Part shown: positions 11,097-24,689 of the stretch, piece by piece | How positions within the stretch are numbered: position 1 is the first letter of the stretch | Layout: each line of letters starts with the position of its first letter | Assembly: GCF_963921235.1 (NCBI RefSeq) | Contig: NC_086108.1 | Location: forward strand, 40,488,001-40,552,000 | Direction of reading: 5' to 3' | Length of the DNA stretch: 64,000 nt | Source: Mobula hypostoma | Taxonomy: Eukaryota | The notes under the pieces: model-generated | Database searches by the model: none | What the model was told of the DNA's origin: nothing | The model's input: only the letters and a program-made list of their open reading frames with translations | Translations under genes and position numbers: made by a program

Positions 11097-13789
11097 TACT
11101 ACCTTGAGATTCATTTTTGAGAAGGCATACACATGAAAATTTAAAAAAACAATGGAATTCATGAAATGCTGTACATAACAAAGACTGACAAACGCCAATG
11201 TTCAAAAGAAGGCAAATCATGCAAATAGTAAAAATGTAAGCAAATGATACTGAGAAAATGAGCTGTAGCGTCCTTCAAAATGACTCTATAGGTAGAGGAG
11301 TCAGTTCAGCATTGAGGTGGGTGATGTTATCCACACTAGTGCAGGAGCCTGATGGCTGTGTAATCAATGGATTATTTTCCTCAGTGGGGGAATCTAGAAC
11401 CAGCAGCATAGGATCAGAATAAGCATCACCCACTTCATTTGGGGGTGAGGGTGGATTTCTTCATTTGGAGGATCGTGACTCTTTGGAATTCTCTATTCCA
11501 GAGAGATCTGGAAACAGAGACAGTGAGTATATTTGAGGTGGAGACTGTCAGATGTTTACAGGAACTTCAAGGGGTATGCAGAGACATATGAAAATGATAA
11601 TGAGATCACACTTGGATCAGCATTGAACTTACTGAATGATGGGGCATTTTCACGGAATCAACTGGCCAATTCTTGCTCCAGTGATAAGTTTAAGTGAAAC
11701 GGATGTTCTTTGGTTTCTGAATGCACCTTGAAGAGGAAGAAGAAGTTATTATTAGCTGGAACTTGTCCCTTGCGGGATTTGTTTTTAGGTTTAATGAGCA
11801 AATTCCAAAAAAAGTGGCTTAGGTCCAACTTATTGTGTTTCTATCAGGTCTGATGTTACAGTGGCTACATGTTAACCTGAACTGAGCCAGTCAAACACAT
11901 ACTGCGGCAAGAAGGTTAGAAGCTATGTTTCCTGTGGCAAGTTCCTCCAAAACTTTAATGAATAGTGAGAGTAGCTCCAGAAACACCAATAAGCAGTTCT
12001 GCATGCCAACCACTTCTTTCATTCCTACAAGAACCAATGTACCAATACACTGTGATGGCTTTAGGCAGCATGTCTCAAGTTCTCAAACCCAATTAAAAAG
12101 GACAAGTGTGTGGGAATACTTCTTCTTCCTCGTACCCCTCAAAGATGCCCATCCTGCTTTGGAAATTCATTGTCATTCCTTTATTCCTGCCTGATTAAAA
12201 TCGTGGAGCTGGCTGTCTGATAGCTCTGCTGGAGTATGTGAGTTGTGCCTTTCAACACCATCATCCCGATCAATAAGGGCTGGGTCATATATCTTCAGAA
12301 AGTTAATGTAAACTGTGTGCCCACATTCTACAGAGCCTGTTCCCTTCGGACACATGACTCTTAAATTTGTAAACTGAAGTGCACCTGTCAATTTTGATTC
12401 AATGTATTTTCCTAGGCCAAGTCATGTTGCATCTGTTGAAAACATTGGTCCAGCCACACTTGGAATATTGTGTATGGTTTGGGTCTCCTTGCCACAGGAA
12501 GGATCTAGTAGCATTGTAAAGCATGCAGGAGTGGTTTACAGGAATGTTGCATGGAATTGAGAGTTGGGATAAGGTGGGTTGTCTCTCATTGGAATGTAGA
12601 AGGTTATAATCTCCAATTTCAGGTTAAAAAAAAACCTTGGCCTCCTTTCTATGTTTACAAATGCCAGGTGTGAGTGGGCTTTGTTGGCTGCTCTTGTAAC
12701 TTACAGAATGTTACCCTACTTCTGCATATTTTTGTTTTGCTCCAGAGAGCAGTACACCTGTCTCTTTGTTGGCTAATGGTTTTGCAAAGAAAGGAAGAGA
12801 GCCCAGAATAAAGCAATTTACCTCCCACCTGCTCTGCCCATAACCACAGAAAGTGGGTTTGTGTATATAGAACAATTGGCCTCCTTTTTCTGTGCTCAGT
12901 GGAGATGACCTACTGCATGTTACTGCTGCGCCTGAAATCTCTCACCACGTTTTTGTGCCTCAGTTCCTGATCAAATATAGCTTGAAGCATAACATGTTCA
13001 GCAATAAAAAGATAAATGTTTGACAAAAGGAAATGCTTTATTTCCACTTGTGTTCTGTATGTGTTAATCATGAGGTGTACATCATTGAGGAAAATTATAG
13101 GCATTAAGGTGAGACTTGGGAGATGAGGCCAATGTTTTAGTAAATGCAACGTGCTACTGTTGTACCTGATAATCTACATTTCCTGAGTGTGACAAGATGG
13201 ACTTTAGATTACAAAATCTACTTTGTTCTAATCTTGTGCCTTATTGTCTACCTGCACAAAGCATTTTCTCTGTAACTGTGACACTTAATTCAGCACTCTG
13301 CTATTGTTTTAACTATGCACTGTTGTAATAAATTGATTTGTGTAGATAGTTTGCAAGGCAATTTTTTCCATTGTACCTCAATACATGTGACAATGATAAA
13401 CCAATTTTCCATTTACACTTCACAAAAATTAAGTATTTGTATTTGCTCAAGTACTCAGCCAAGTAATTTCATGTTTTGCACACCCCGCTCACAGAGCAGT
13501 CCCATTCCCCCACTGATGCTCCCGATAACTTATTCTCCCCAGATTCTACATACCAGGCACAAATTGCAATGACCAGTTGAATGAGAGCTTTTGTCTCAAC
13601 TATCCTTTCTGTCAGTCAGTTGGACAATTCCACACACAAATTTTCCTTCAGGCAAAACACTGTCATTTTAGATTGATGTTACTCGGTTATTTATTCTCAG
13701 CTAGGGGAAGAAATTTGTTTCTATACCTCTAATATTTTAACCTAGGTGTCCTCAACAGTACATGGACCACGAATGTCGAGGCCATGATC

Positions 13790-14245
13790 ATAAAAGCACG
13801 ACTTTAGTGGACAGGACATGTCATAAATATGAAGGATGCCTAAATCCGCAAACAGCTATTGTACAATGAGCTTTCACTGAGCCAAAGAAATCAAGAAAGG
13901 CCCCGAAAAAGGTTCAAAGACTGTGTGAAGGTTAATATTGCACATGCTAAACCTGCTCCCAAATGACTGGAGCTGAATACGCAAGACACGAGTGAGTGGC
14001 AAACCCTGGTTAGAATTGCTCACAAAAACCCAGAGTAGAGCCCCAAGCAAAACTAGTTGTTGTCTGTCAAAGAAGGAAAGCTATCACAGTAGTTCCACTA
14101 TCAGATATAGGACAGTTTCCATTTCTTTACTGGGGATGTCCGCATGGTTCCCACTTGGACTCAACAGCCAACCTTCAAATACGCAACAGAAGAACGGTAC
14201 AAGTCTGTCATCATCGGTTACAACAAACAACCAACCAATCAATTA
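13790..14245 (+). mobile_element. RTE-clade LINE 3' fragment
   Basis: Translates to W.GHVINMKD...KQLLYNELS..QRNQERPRKRFKDCVK, like RTE ORF C-termini; ends in a CAAC/CAAT repeat tail. Confidence 0.65.
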
Positions 14246-15049
14246 ACATTTGATACACTTCCATGCAATTTTCCACAGTTGTTTCTGCTTGATGGAAAAC
14301 AACTCTAGTCTTTTTTTGCAGCTAAACTTTGCCACCCAAGCAATGCACTTATAATTCTCCTTTCATGCTATCACATCTTCCTTGTAGTGAGGTGACCCTG
14401 AAGGGGCAGTCAAATCCAGATGCGGCCTACATTGTTTCTGCATAGTGTTAGAATGACTTCCCTGTTCTTGTATTCTTTGCTGTTGTTAGTGTAGGCCTTG
14501 TGAGCCACCTCAATCACCTTTTAAGCCTACACTGCAATTTTCAGGGATTTGTGGATGTGCTCCAAGGACTTGTCACTTCTTCTCAGAATCTTCCCTTCAT
14601 TATGTATTCCTTACCTTATTTTATCATCTCCATCCACACAAGTGTAATGCATTTGAAGTTCCAATGACTACTTTTCTGCCCTTTGTCTTCCTGTTGTCAA
14701 AAGATGCTATAAACTTCCATCCAACATAGTCTTTTTTTTTCGTTCATTGCAATCTTCCCAAAAAGCAAAAACCAAACATCAGGTCCTGCAGAACCCCACT
14801 GCACACGGCCTCTTAAGCTCTAGTCTCAAACTTTCATCCAAGTTCACACTCTTTTAAAGAACGTGAGCTTTATGGGAAAGCGCTTCAGTGATGGTTGTAC
14901 CAGACTGAAATGTGTGTATTGCTTCAAATTCTACCTAAGTTAGGATTTTTTTTCTAGTTCTTGCTGTAATGAGAGATTTGGGTTACTGGTTACAGTTACA
15001 CTTCATAAAATAAATCTGATTTGTATTTTTCATTATAAAACCTGACATC

Positions 15050-15372
15050 CCCCTGATGTTGGGGGAGTCCAGAACCAAAGGCCACAGTTTAAGAATAAGG
15101 GGTAGGCCATTTAGAACGAAGTTGAGGAAAATCTTTTTCACCCAGGAGTTGTTGATCTGTGGAATGCTCTGCCTCAGAAGGCAGCGGAGGCCAATTCTCT
15201 GGATGCTTTTAAGAAAGAGTTAGATAGAGCTCTTAGAGATAGTGGAGTCAAGGGATATGGGGAAAAGGTAGGAACGAGGTACTGGTTGTGGATGATCAGC
15301 CATGATCACAGTGAATGGCGGTGCTGGCTCAAAGGGCCGAGTGGCCTACTCCTGCACCTATTGTTTGTGGTC
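15050..15372 (+). mobile_element. CR1/HER1 LINE 3' end, relatively young
   Basis: ESRTKGHSLRIRGRPFRTKLRKIFFTQ C-terminus plus GGGCCGAGTGGCCT tail; close to 28112-28550. Older CR1 fragments at ~7690-7880, 11380-11680, 12420-12610, 18400-19000, 19880-20810, 21770-21990, 41040-41840, 54770-56540. Confidence 0.85.
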
Positions 15373-16164
15373 TATCCCTTAACCCTCCTGGGTCTGAGTC
15401 ACTGTTACTTTAAGATAGGCACTGAAGGAACTGTGCCTTCACAAAGCCTTCTGTGATTGCAACACTTTCACACCAGTTCTTGCAATTGTGAAAATAAAAT
15501 GCAAACATTTTCCTTTGAAGAAGTTATACTTCTGCCTCATCACCAGCAGGCAGGAAAAGCCTTGGTAACAGTTTGAAGTTCTGATGATGAATGTTCTGTC
15601 ACATGACTTTGGCCGCTTGCTGAGGAACTATGCAACAGAATCCACTGTTTCCTTTCCCCACAGGGTCTTGGGGCCATTCTGTCGGAGTTAATTGTCACGT
15701 GCACAAGAACACGTATGCACAGGTACAATGTAAAGCTTACTCGCAACAGTATCGCTGGCACATAGCATCATGTAAGCAGCACTCGCAAGAAAAACAAAGC
15801 TAAAGACAAACATAGATTATGCACAATTCTTTCAAGAAAAAATACAACTAAAACCAAAAAATTATATATTTTAGTGCAAAATGACCTTGGTGTGGCTATA
15901 CTGAGGTAGATTGACTGACTTATGGTTGAAAGTGTTTCTTGGCACAATGTATAATACTGCAATCCAATTGAATGAAATGTTTAGTCACATGGCTGACTCC
16001 ATCCTTCACTACTCTAGGAACAGGTAGAATGCCCGATGCATGCTGGTTGTATGCTCAAAAATTATACACAGCCTCAAGCAGCCATACATGGAGGTTATCA
16101 AGGCCAGCTTAATCTGTGTACAAATGCTCTGTTAAATGGCATTGGGACAAAGAAGAAATTGGCA

Positions 16165-16331
16165 AATTATAAACATGAGAGATTCTCCAGATGTCAGAAA
16201 TCTTGACCAACACACACCAAAATGCTGGAGGACTCTGCAGGTCGGGGTTTGGCTTGAAACATCATCTGTTTATTTTCCTCCATAGTGCAGCCTGACCTGT
16301 TGAGTTTCTCCAGTATTTTGTGTGTGTGCTC
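16165..16331. mobile_element. Inverted (two-arm) Penelope-derived insertion
   Basis: TSD AAGAAATTGGCA (16153-16164) / AAGAATTTGGCA (16332-16343); left arm is the minus-sense tail, right arm is plus-sense and starts at a degenerate hammerhead stem II. Confidence 0.75.
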
Positions 16332-18807
16332 AAGAATTTGGCACTGTTGTCCATGTACAGGAAGACTTTAACATGAGTACCTCTTCTGCATGCGATTTCT
16401 ATCCTCCTTTGGTGATGGATATCCACAGTCCAGGGCAGGAGCTCTCATGTTTGCTATGCTTGCTTTCTAAACAGTAGCTGAGATTTGTAAGGCCAAATTC
16501 AATTGTAAATAAACTTCCAACTAACAGTTTGTTTAGTTTCTGGTCATAAATGGGAGTCAGTCTTCAATTCTTAAAATGTAAATGGAAAGTAATAATCAGC
16601 TTGAAGTTAAAAGAGTACTCTCTATAGAACAGTTTTAAAAATAACTCTTTATTTTGCAGACACTCTGTCTGTGAGAAAGCAAATGCTATTTGCTGCACCT
16701 GCTTTGCTGCTCAAGAATGCAGTAGAAGACAATGGATTGTTAATTTGTGTTGTATCAAACAGATCAGCTGACTCTTAAATTGCTTAGTTCAAGGAAGCCT
16801 GCAGAACAGATGGATCATTTAGCATGTCAAATAACTGATGTGTTTATAGTGGAAAGGTTTTTATCTGCTCTAGGAAGTTAACCTTGCAGCATTCACAGCA
16901 TTGATTGAGAACTATGTCTCCAAACAATGTTTTTAGACCATTTGAGTGGAAGAGATATCTGAGGCAATATTATATGCATGTGAAGTTGCCTAAGTGGGAT
17001 AAAAGATATATAAATGTAGAGGGCAGTTTGGACATATTAAGAATGGGGAAGGAACATCAAGAAACATGGAAGAAACATAGGGTGAACTCAAAATCTGTTC
17101 CTCCAGCATTGATTTCTGCAACAGATGACTTGTCTAGATCATGGTATGTCTTTTAATTTATAAGAAATATACCCATGTTTTGGAAATCTTTTTTTGTACT
17201 TAAGAAGTACTTTGTGCTTTATGTTTTAAAATGTTTTGAGCTTTGAGTTTAGGAAACAATTTTTAAGATAGAAATCCTCTGAGTTTTAAATGTGTTTTAG
17301 AAGTGTTCTTTGGATTTAAGCATGTATTACTTAAGATAAATGAACTGTGTTTTAATCTATTTTGTTTGGGAGAAGGGACCCACCACTCAAATGCTGTGTA
17401 TTGGCAGCTAAACTCACCATGCAGAATAACCAGGGAAGTAGACTAACCTTTGAAGATTGGGTACTTACACTATAATCTCCCTTTGGTGAGAGTACTCATG
17501 GCTATTTATGTCTGATAGGGCTTAATGTTTTTGTTTGAGTTTAGAACTTTGTATCAGCAAACCCAAAAGCATCACACTTCAGCATCAACAGATCTTGCAA
17601 AAGGTTCCATTCAGCATGCAAGCCAAACAGAGAAGAGGGAGCAGACTCTTGATCACTCCAGCTTTGTCAGGAGGTTTTCCATTTCTGATCTGGGCCTGCT
17701 ACTGACAACTGTGTGGAGCAGCTGTCAACTGAATAGATTTGGAAAGGAGTGCTTCATTAGGTAAAGTAAAGCAATTGCAGAAAGTGGTTTCCCCAGGGCA
17801 GGCAGGTATTCAAAGCATTGAATAAGACCCAGTGCAATCCGAGCATGTGAATGGTAGAGATGGCAATGCACCTGAGAGGACACCAGCCTGTAAATGCCAC
17901 AAAGATGTTCTTGTAATAGTACATGTTCCAGTGAAAAACAATTGACCTGAAACACAGTCTGTTCCCCACCCTGCACTGCCATCTCACCTGTGTTTCCAAC
18001 ATTTCCTGTTTTTTTTGGTTTTTTGATTATCATATTCTGCCACATTTTTCTCTTTTGCATTTTGAGTCATGGTTTATTTCATCAAATTATGTATAGTAAG
18101 GATGTACTCCAGTCAATTCAGGAACCATCCATAAACATTTAAACTAAACTTTAGAATATGACTAGGTGATACCTAATAGCATATAATGTCACTTGAGGTT
18201 GTGTATGACAGCATTGTTTTCAGGTTTATTATACAAGAGTAGCCTTCTAGACACCTGTAAAGGACCCAAAGGTGGAATCCTAGTGGCAGCTCAAGTCACA
18301 GCTTTTATAGAGAGTGAGAGAGCCAGGAAGTACAAGGAAATCTCAACATTGACAGGAAGTGCTGATACAGCCTTATTGAGCAAGATGTTGGTGAGAAGAT
18401 GGAGTCACAGGTAGACTGGGTGCTGAAGGAGGAGTCGGGCATGGGGACCTTCACTATTCAGGGCATCAAGTATAGAAGTTGGGATGTCACGTTGCAGCTG
18501 TACAAAATATTGGTTAGGCCACATAGGGAGCATTGTGCTCTGTTTTCATCACCCTACCATAGAAAGATATCACTTAAGTTGGAAAGAGTGCAGAAAACTT
18601 TACAAGATTAAAGGTGAGGGGTGAAATTTTTGATAGGAGTCTGAAGGGCAACTTTTTCCACAGAATATGGTCAGTGCCCTGAATGGTGAAGGTCAGCAGG
18701 CCAAACGTCTTCTTCACCACCCAGAGTTGCCAAAGGAAGTGATTAAAGCAGCTACAATAACATTTAAACTGTACTTGCACGGGTGCATTCATAGGAAAGG
18801 TTTAGTG

Positions 18808-18887
18808 CAGGGGTTCCTGACCTTGGATCCATGGACCTCTTGTTTAATGGTGTTAGTCCATAACATAAAAATGTTTGGGAACCCATG
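18808..18887. mobile_element. ~80-bp hAT (Charlie-like) MITE
   Basis: CAGGGGTTCC...GGGAACCCATG TIRs; 8-bp flanks GTTTAGTG/GTTCAGAG; sits inside a CR1 tail. Confidence 0.75.
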
Positions 18888-20039
18888 GTTCAGAGGGATG
18901 TGGGCCAAATGTAGGCAAATAGGACCAGCTTCCATATGAGTCTTGATCAGCATGAATGAGTTGGGCCAAAGGATCTCCCTGCTGTATTACTGTAACACTA
19001 TGATTCCATTATTCCACATGGCTGGTGAGTTTGGGATGGGGCTCTCACTGGGACCCACCTGTTGTCAAGGCTAGTCAAGGGTGTGAAGTCAGCTGGCTGG
19101 AGTCAGCCTCCTCAAAGACTGTGCCGAGGGCAATCCCTACAAATGCCATGACTGAATTACTTATAGCATGGATGCTTGAGAGTTGCTAATGGGTAAATAA
19201 AGCTGCTGCAGCCAGTTTTATATCAAAGGTGATTTGGTTAACAACTAATATTTCACACTCCGAAGCAATGTGTCAACTGAAACCATGAAGATCTAGTTCT
19301 CTTAATATAAATATATATGGTAAAGAAATAGTATATGTTAACACTGCAAAATATAGCATTTTGAACAGTTTCATAAAAAAAATCAAGTTTCCTCTTTTCA
19401 TTACACTAATTTTAGTGTTCCACTTAATATTGGATAATAAGAAACAAGTACTACAATGAACAGAATATTCTCTATTCCATTCATGAGAGTGTTCAAACTT
19501 GTATTAAGTGTGATTGGCAAAGCAGATTTGAGTTCAAGAGTACTTTATGTTCATCATTTTACATTCCAGTTATTCTCCATCTATAAATTGTGGCAATTCT
19601 ATTTTCTGAACTTTTTTATGACCGCTATTCACATTATTTCTACTCATTGAAGTTACAAAATCAAATCTGGATAAAAATAGTTCCATCTTTAATAATGGGT
19701 AGTGCGAAATATAATCATATAGACCTACTGACTTCACCTCCACTTAAAAAAAGGTTAATTAGAGTAATCACAAGTAATTCCTGTTATGTCAAGAAGTTGG
19801 ATTTCCACTCCTAATGAACAGATTGCTACCTCCATTCATTTAGGAGACATGCCACATCACAGGACTGAAAAACATGAAGCTTCACACAGAAAGTGGTGTC
19901 ACAGGTAGACTGGTTGGTGAAGAGGGCAATTGGCATGTTGTCTTCATCATTCAGTGCATTGAACACAGAAATGGGGATGTTACTTTACCGTTGTGCAAGG
20001 CGTTGGTGAGGTTGTATTTGGAGTATTGTGTACAGCTTA

Positions 20040-20357
20040 ATCATAAGTTGTAACAATTTGATTCATACTGGGAAAAATGGATTAACTACATAACACCTCA
20101 TAGGCCTGATTTTATTCTCACGAGTCAATGAATATGTTGTAAAAAAAAAGATCACTCCCTACTTTGTACATAGTTTTCTTCGTTTGATTGTTCTTTCTTT
20201 CTTCTCCTTTCTATAAGTGTTTACCGCAGATAAATATTATGTGGAAACTTATGACAAATATGACTATATGATATATATGTACAGTATCTGAAATACTTCT
20301 TATGGAAATATTTGTTTGATGATGAACTTCAATAAAAAATAAATTACAAAAAAAAGA
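20040..20357 (+). mobile_element. L1/Tx1-type LINE 3' end inserted in a CR1 fragment
   Basis: QFDSYWEKWINYI...stop, AT-rich 3' UTR, AATAAA and A-rich tail. Confidence 0.65.
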
Positions 20358-21585
20358 AAAGATGCCATTGAACTGGAGAGTGCAAAAAGATTTATCAGGA
20401 CGTAATGGATCAGATTCTATACTTCTATCAAGGACTCTATACTTTGAGGCATAGGATATGAATTGTAATTTTAGAGGTGTATAAAATCATGAGCAGCATG
20501 GAAATGGTCAATGCACAGAATCTTTTTCCCAGGGTTGATGAATCAAGAATGATACTGTATAGATTTATCATGAGAGGGTAAAAATTTAACAAGAATCTGA
20601 GCTGCAACCTTTTACATACAGGGTGATATGTATGGAACAACTGCCAGAGAGATGTACAATAACAACAATTAAAATAAGTTGGACATGTACATGGATAGGG
20701 GAGGTTTAAAGGGATTATAGATCGAACAGGCAAATGGGACTAGCATAGATAGTCATATCGGTCAGCAGTGACAAGTTAGGCCATAGGGCATGGTTCCATG
20801 CAGTGTGACTCTAAAAGCCTAAAGTAGCACCTTTCTAGCTATTGGTCAATTTGGTCTGATTAAACATTGTAATTTCTACACTTTGGCATGTGCATTAATT
20901 GCAGCATATGGATAAAGCCGCAGATAGTTTTGACACTGAGCCTACATTCATTGCACCATCTGTCAAAAAATAATGTCAAGTTTACATTTGATGCAATGTG
21001 CGTGTTTTATGCAAATTAGTTGGTTTCATTTTATGCCTTCTTTCTTCCTCTGAAGCCCCCTATCACCAAGAACCAAAAATATTTTGAGAATTGCGATTTA
21101 CAAGCCAGTTTTTCTTATTATCATTCTGCTTAATCATATTTGTTAGGTCAGAATCCTGGAATTGCCTACATTGGAACAGGACACTTTCAGCACAGGGCCT
21201 TTGAGCAGGCATGTTGCTCCATTGTAGCATTCCATTTGTCTGAAGGAACACCTTCTAATTTGTTTAATATGTCCCAACTATCAAACAGCCTCTTGGAGCT
21301 CATATCCTCCTTCCCAATATTTGTCTCTCAAATACTCCTTTCTATTTCATTCTCTCTCTTGCAGAAATACAAGATATTTTGGTACACATTGTTACAGTTC
21401 AAATTTAAGCTGTTGGATCTTTGTTCTTAATTGAATGTTGCAGCTTGTAAAGCATATGATTTTATAATTAATACAAAAATCTGTTGACCCTCTCAGTCTC
21501 CATTTCTAACTTGAGTCGCGGAGACAATAATTATCTCCACAGTCACCTAGTCTTTGCAGCACTTACTGGTCCGATTGCTCTAGAA

Positions 21586-21666
21586 CAGGGGTTTCCAATC
21601 TGGGATCCACAGATCCCTCAGTTAATCATAGGAATCCATGCCAAAAAAAGAGGTTGGGAACCATTG
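21586..21666. mobile_element. ~80-bp hAT MITE, same family
   Basis: CAGGGGTTTCCAA...TTGGGAACCATTG; left flank CTCTAGAA fits the Charlie target consensus. Confidence 0.7.
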
Positions 21667-22873
21667 GTTTAAAATTTGACTCCTAACTCTAATATTAATT
21701 ATAGTCTCTAACCCTATAGTGCTAGGGGAATCCATTATTTTGTTTTAATAAAGTTGGCCAGTTCCCATTAAACCATAAGTCATAGGAGCAGAATTAGGCC
21801 ATTCAGCCCATCGAGTCTGCTCCACCATTCCATCATGGCTGATCCCAGATCCCACTCAACCCCATACATCTGCCTTCTCACCCCTCAATTTTGAGGCTGT
21901 CCCCTCTAGTTCTGGATATCCCAACCTATGAAACATCCTTTCCACATCCACCCTGCCCAGTCCTTTCAACATTCAGTAGGTTTCGATTTGTTCAGTATTT
22001 TAATACTTTTATCATACTGCATTTTTCCTAAATATGTATATTTTTCCTAATTATTTAAGACATTATATTTTTATCTTGATGTATGTTTGGAATCTTAAAA
22101 GCCTGTTGTTTTGGGCACGCTATAGAAACAACATGAAGCCTGTGAGCATTTATTATTGAAAGATGCCCTTTACTTGCCCTAATTTTGAGCTGACATACTT
22201 AGTCCATTTACAAAAAAAAACTGTAAGACTTTTCTAACTAGTCAGACACAATAATGTTTCCCTGACTCCTTGTGAATGACTGCAGGCCAGTTTTCCATGT
22301 AAAGAACAAATCTTGCATTGTGTATTGAAGTGAGGACTCCTGCTGGCTGCCCTCCTGTGTAAGTGTGGCTGTGGACCAAATGTACAACATGATTAGCGAT
22401 TGCATTCCAGCCTCGGGCTCCTCTCTGCATGCCTCATTTTTCTGGCTTGGGTTTATACAAGTGTCCTGGGCAAATTTACATCAGTGCACTCAGCGTTCCC
22501 AAAACAGATAATGCTTGGAGATCAACTGGAATGGAGTATGATGGGGGAAAGAACATCATCTTCCCATGGGGGTTATATCTCATTTGCCCACATTTAAGGA
22601 GTTATTACCCTACAACCATCAGGCTCTTGAACCAACATGGATAACTTCCCTCACTTCAAATCTGAACTGATTCCATTACTTATAAACGCACTTTCAGGAC
22701 TCTACAACACAGTTTTTTTTTATTGTTTGTATAATTTGTCGCCTTTTACACATTGGTTGCTGGTCAGTCTTGGTTATTTTAAATATTTTTAAATAAATTC
22801 TATTGCATTTCTTTATTTTCCTGTAAACACCTGCAAGAAAACAAAGTTCAAGGTAGTATATGGTGACATATAT

Positions 22874-23418
22874 GGAGAAACTTACGAAATGCCTGCTTTG
22901 CTGCCGCTGCTCCTGTGCAATCGAGAATCTCTGGAGGGGAAGGCCCAAATCCTCAGCTTTGCCTATTGCCTGTTGCCGGGGCCGGGGTCAAAGCGCTCGG
23001 CACAGTGCTCGGTGTCGGAGGGCTGGTCGGAGGCTCGAAGTTTTCAGACGGACTCAGAGTTGGACTGTGGTCAGGTGCTTCCAGGATGCTGCATCGGCAA
23101 GTTTGCAGCGCTGGAAGCTCATGGCAGGGAGAGTTTCTCTCTTCAACCGTCTGCATGAGATGATGGGACTTTCGAGAGACTTTGAGACTTTTTTTTTACT
23201 GTGGCCATGGTCTGTTCTTCATCAAATTATGGTATTGCTTTGCACTGTTGTAACTATATGTTATAATTATCTGTTTTTTGTCAGTTTTTTTTCGTCTTGG
23301 TTTGTCTTGTGTTTCTCTGATATCATTCTGGAGGAACGAATTGTATCATTTCTTAATGCATGCATTACTAAATGACAATAAAAGAGGACTGCGTGTCCTC
23401 ATAATCTAATCTAATCTA
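22874..23418 (+). mobile_element. Non-LTR retroposon 3' part with GC-rich body and (TAATC)n tail, nested in an older LINE tail
   Basis: CpG-rich body, AATAAA and ATAATCTAATCTAATCTAAT tail; the interrupted tail resumes at ~23420. Confidence 0.55.
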
Positions 23419-24689
23419 ATATGTAATTAGATAATAAATTTACTTTCAAGTTTGAGTGCAGAGGCTTTTTGCCAAAACCTAAGGGTTAGAAACCAATAGT
23501 TTTATAGGAGTTAATCAGATGAAATTGCACAGTTTGCCAGTGGTAGTTAACTACTTGCAGCTTGTCTAACTATTCTATGGATGATGTTCTCTTTCAGCAA
23601 AAGCTGGGAGTTTATAAAATGGAAGTATACTCCCTATACATTTGTAATATTCCTCACCCTCTGAACTTTTTAAATGTCACATTTTTGAATAGAAGGTGGG
23701 AGTGATGGAGGCAGATGCTAGGAATGAGTTGATACATGGGCAGAATGTCTGAGAATAACTCCAACTCCAGCAACAAGTCTGAAAGTGCAAAACAGATCTG
23801 CTCACGTGGGCTGGACTTTGTAGATCTCTGAGCCAGATGAGCTTTGCTTCAGAGCGAATGCTGTTTAAAACAGGAAGTGCACACCCTCGCACATTTAGGT
23901 TCCCCATAATTAGTGGCACTGATAAATAATGAAAGGAAAGTAAATGTCACAATACATTGGCTCTTATTTGCTGTTGACTTTTTCCAGCTGACTCTGCACA
24001 AAGGGAGCCCAGCAGAACCAGGTGGATTGATTGCAGGCCACAGATATTTAGATCATTGACTGATGCATCATAATGCAGTCCGAGCAGCCCTTAAATGACA
24101 GCGTTTATCTGACACTTCAATAACTCCTGCATGTTGCTTTTCATGAGTAAGAACTATACCATTGTCATGTTATTGAAAATTGTTCTCATGAACAAACAAG
24201 AAATTTCTAAATGTTGGGAGAGTGAAAGCAGACGTTTGCATAGTGTAAATGTATTACTACAGACACAAGGGCAGAGGATGTAATTTAATACTTTGACTTT
24301 GCCCAGAATTGTTCACTGTTCAGTGAATGCTCTGCAGTAGAAAGGAAAGCATTTCTGATTTGCAAATGCAAGAAGTGGAAAGTTGTAGTTCTTTCTTAGG
24401 AACAGATTGAAACCGCTGGAGTGTCTTGGAATCTCAAATAGAATAGCACCCAGCTCTTTATCACACCTCAAGAATGATCAGTTGTAATACATGTGGTCTT
24501 TATTTTTATATAGGCGTATGACCTCAGATGATATAATTAGAAGAGTGTTTGCTCTTCATGAAAACTGCAGAAGCCTGAAATGTTTTAGAAGCTTTCTGGA
24601 ATTTGAACTTATTTAAATCTTACATCTTTGCATTATGACTCTGTCGCAATGTACAGACATATGAATTTATAAATCTAATGGCTTGTAGA

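Noticed and set aside
22860..23375. Several overlapping ORFs up to 171 aa
   Set aside because: They lie within a GC-rich retroposon with a microsatellite tail and show no protein motifs.
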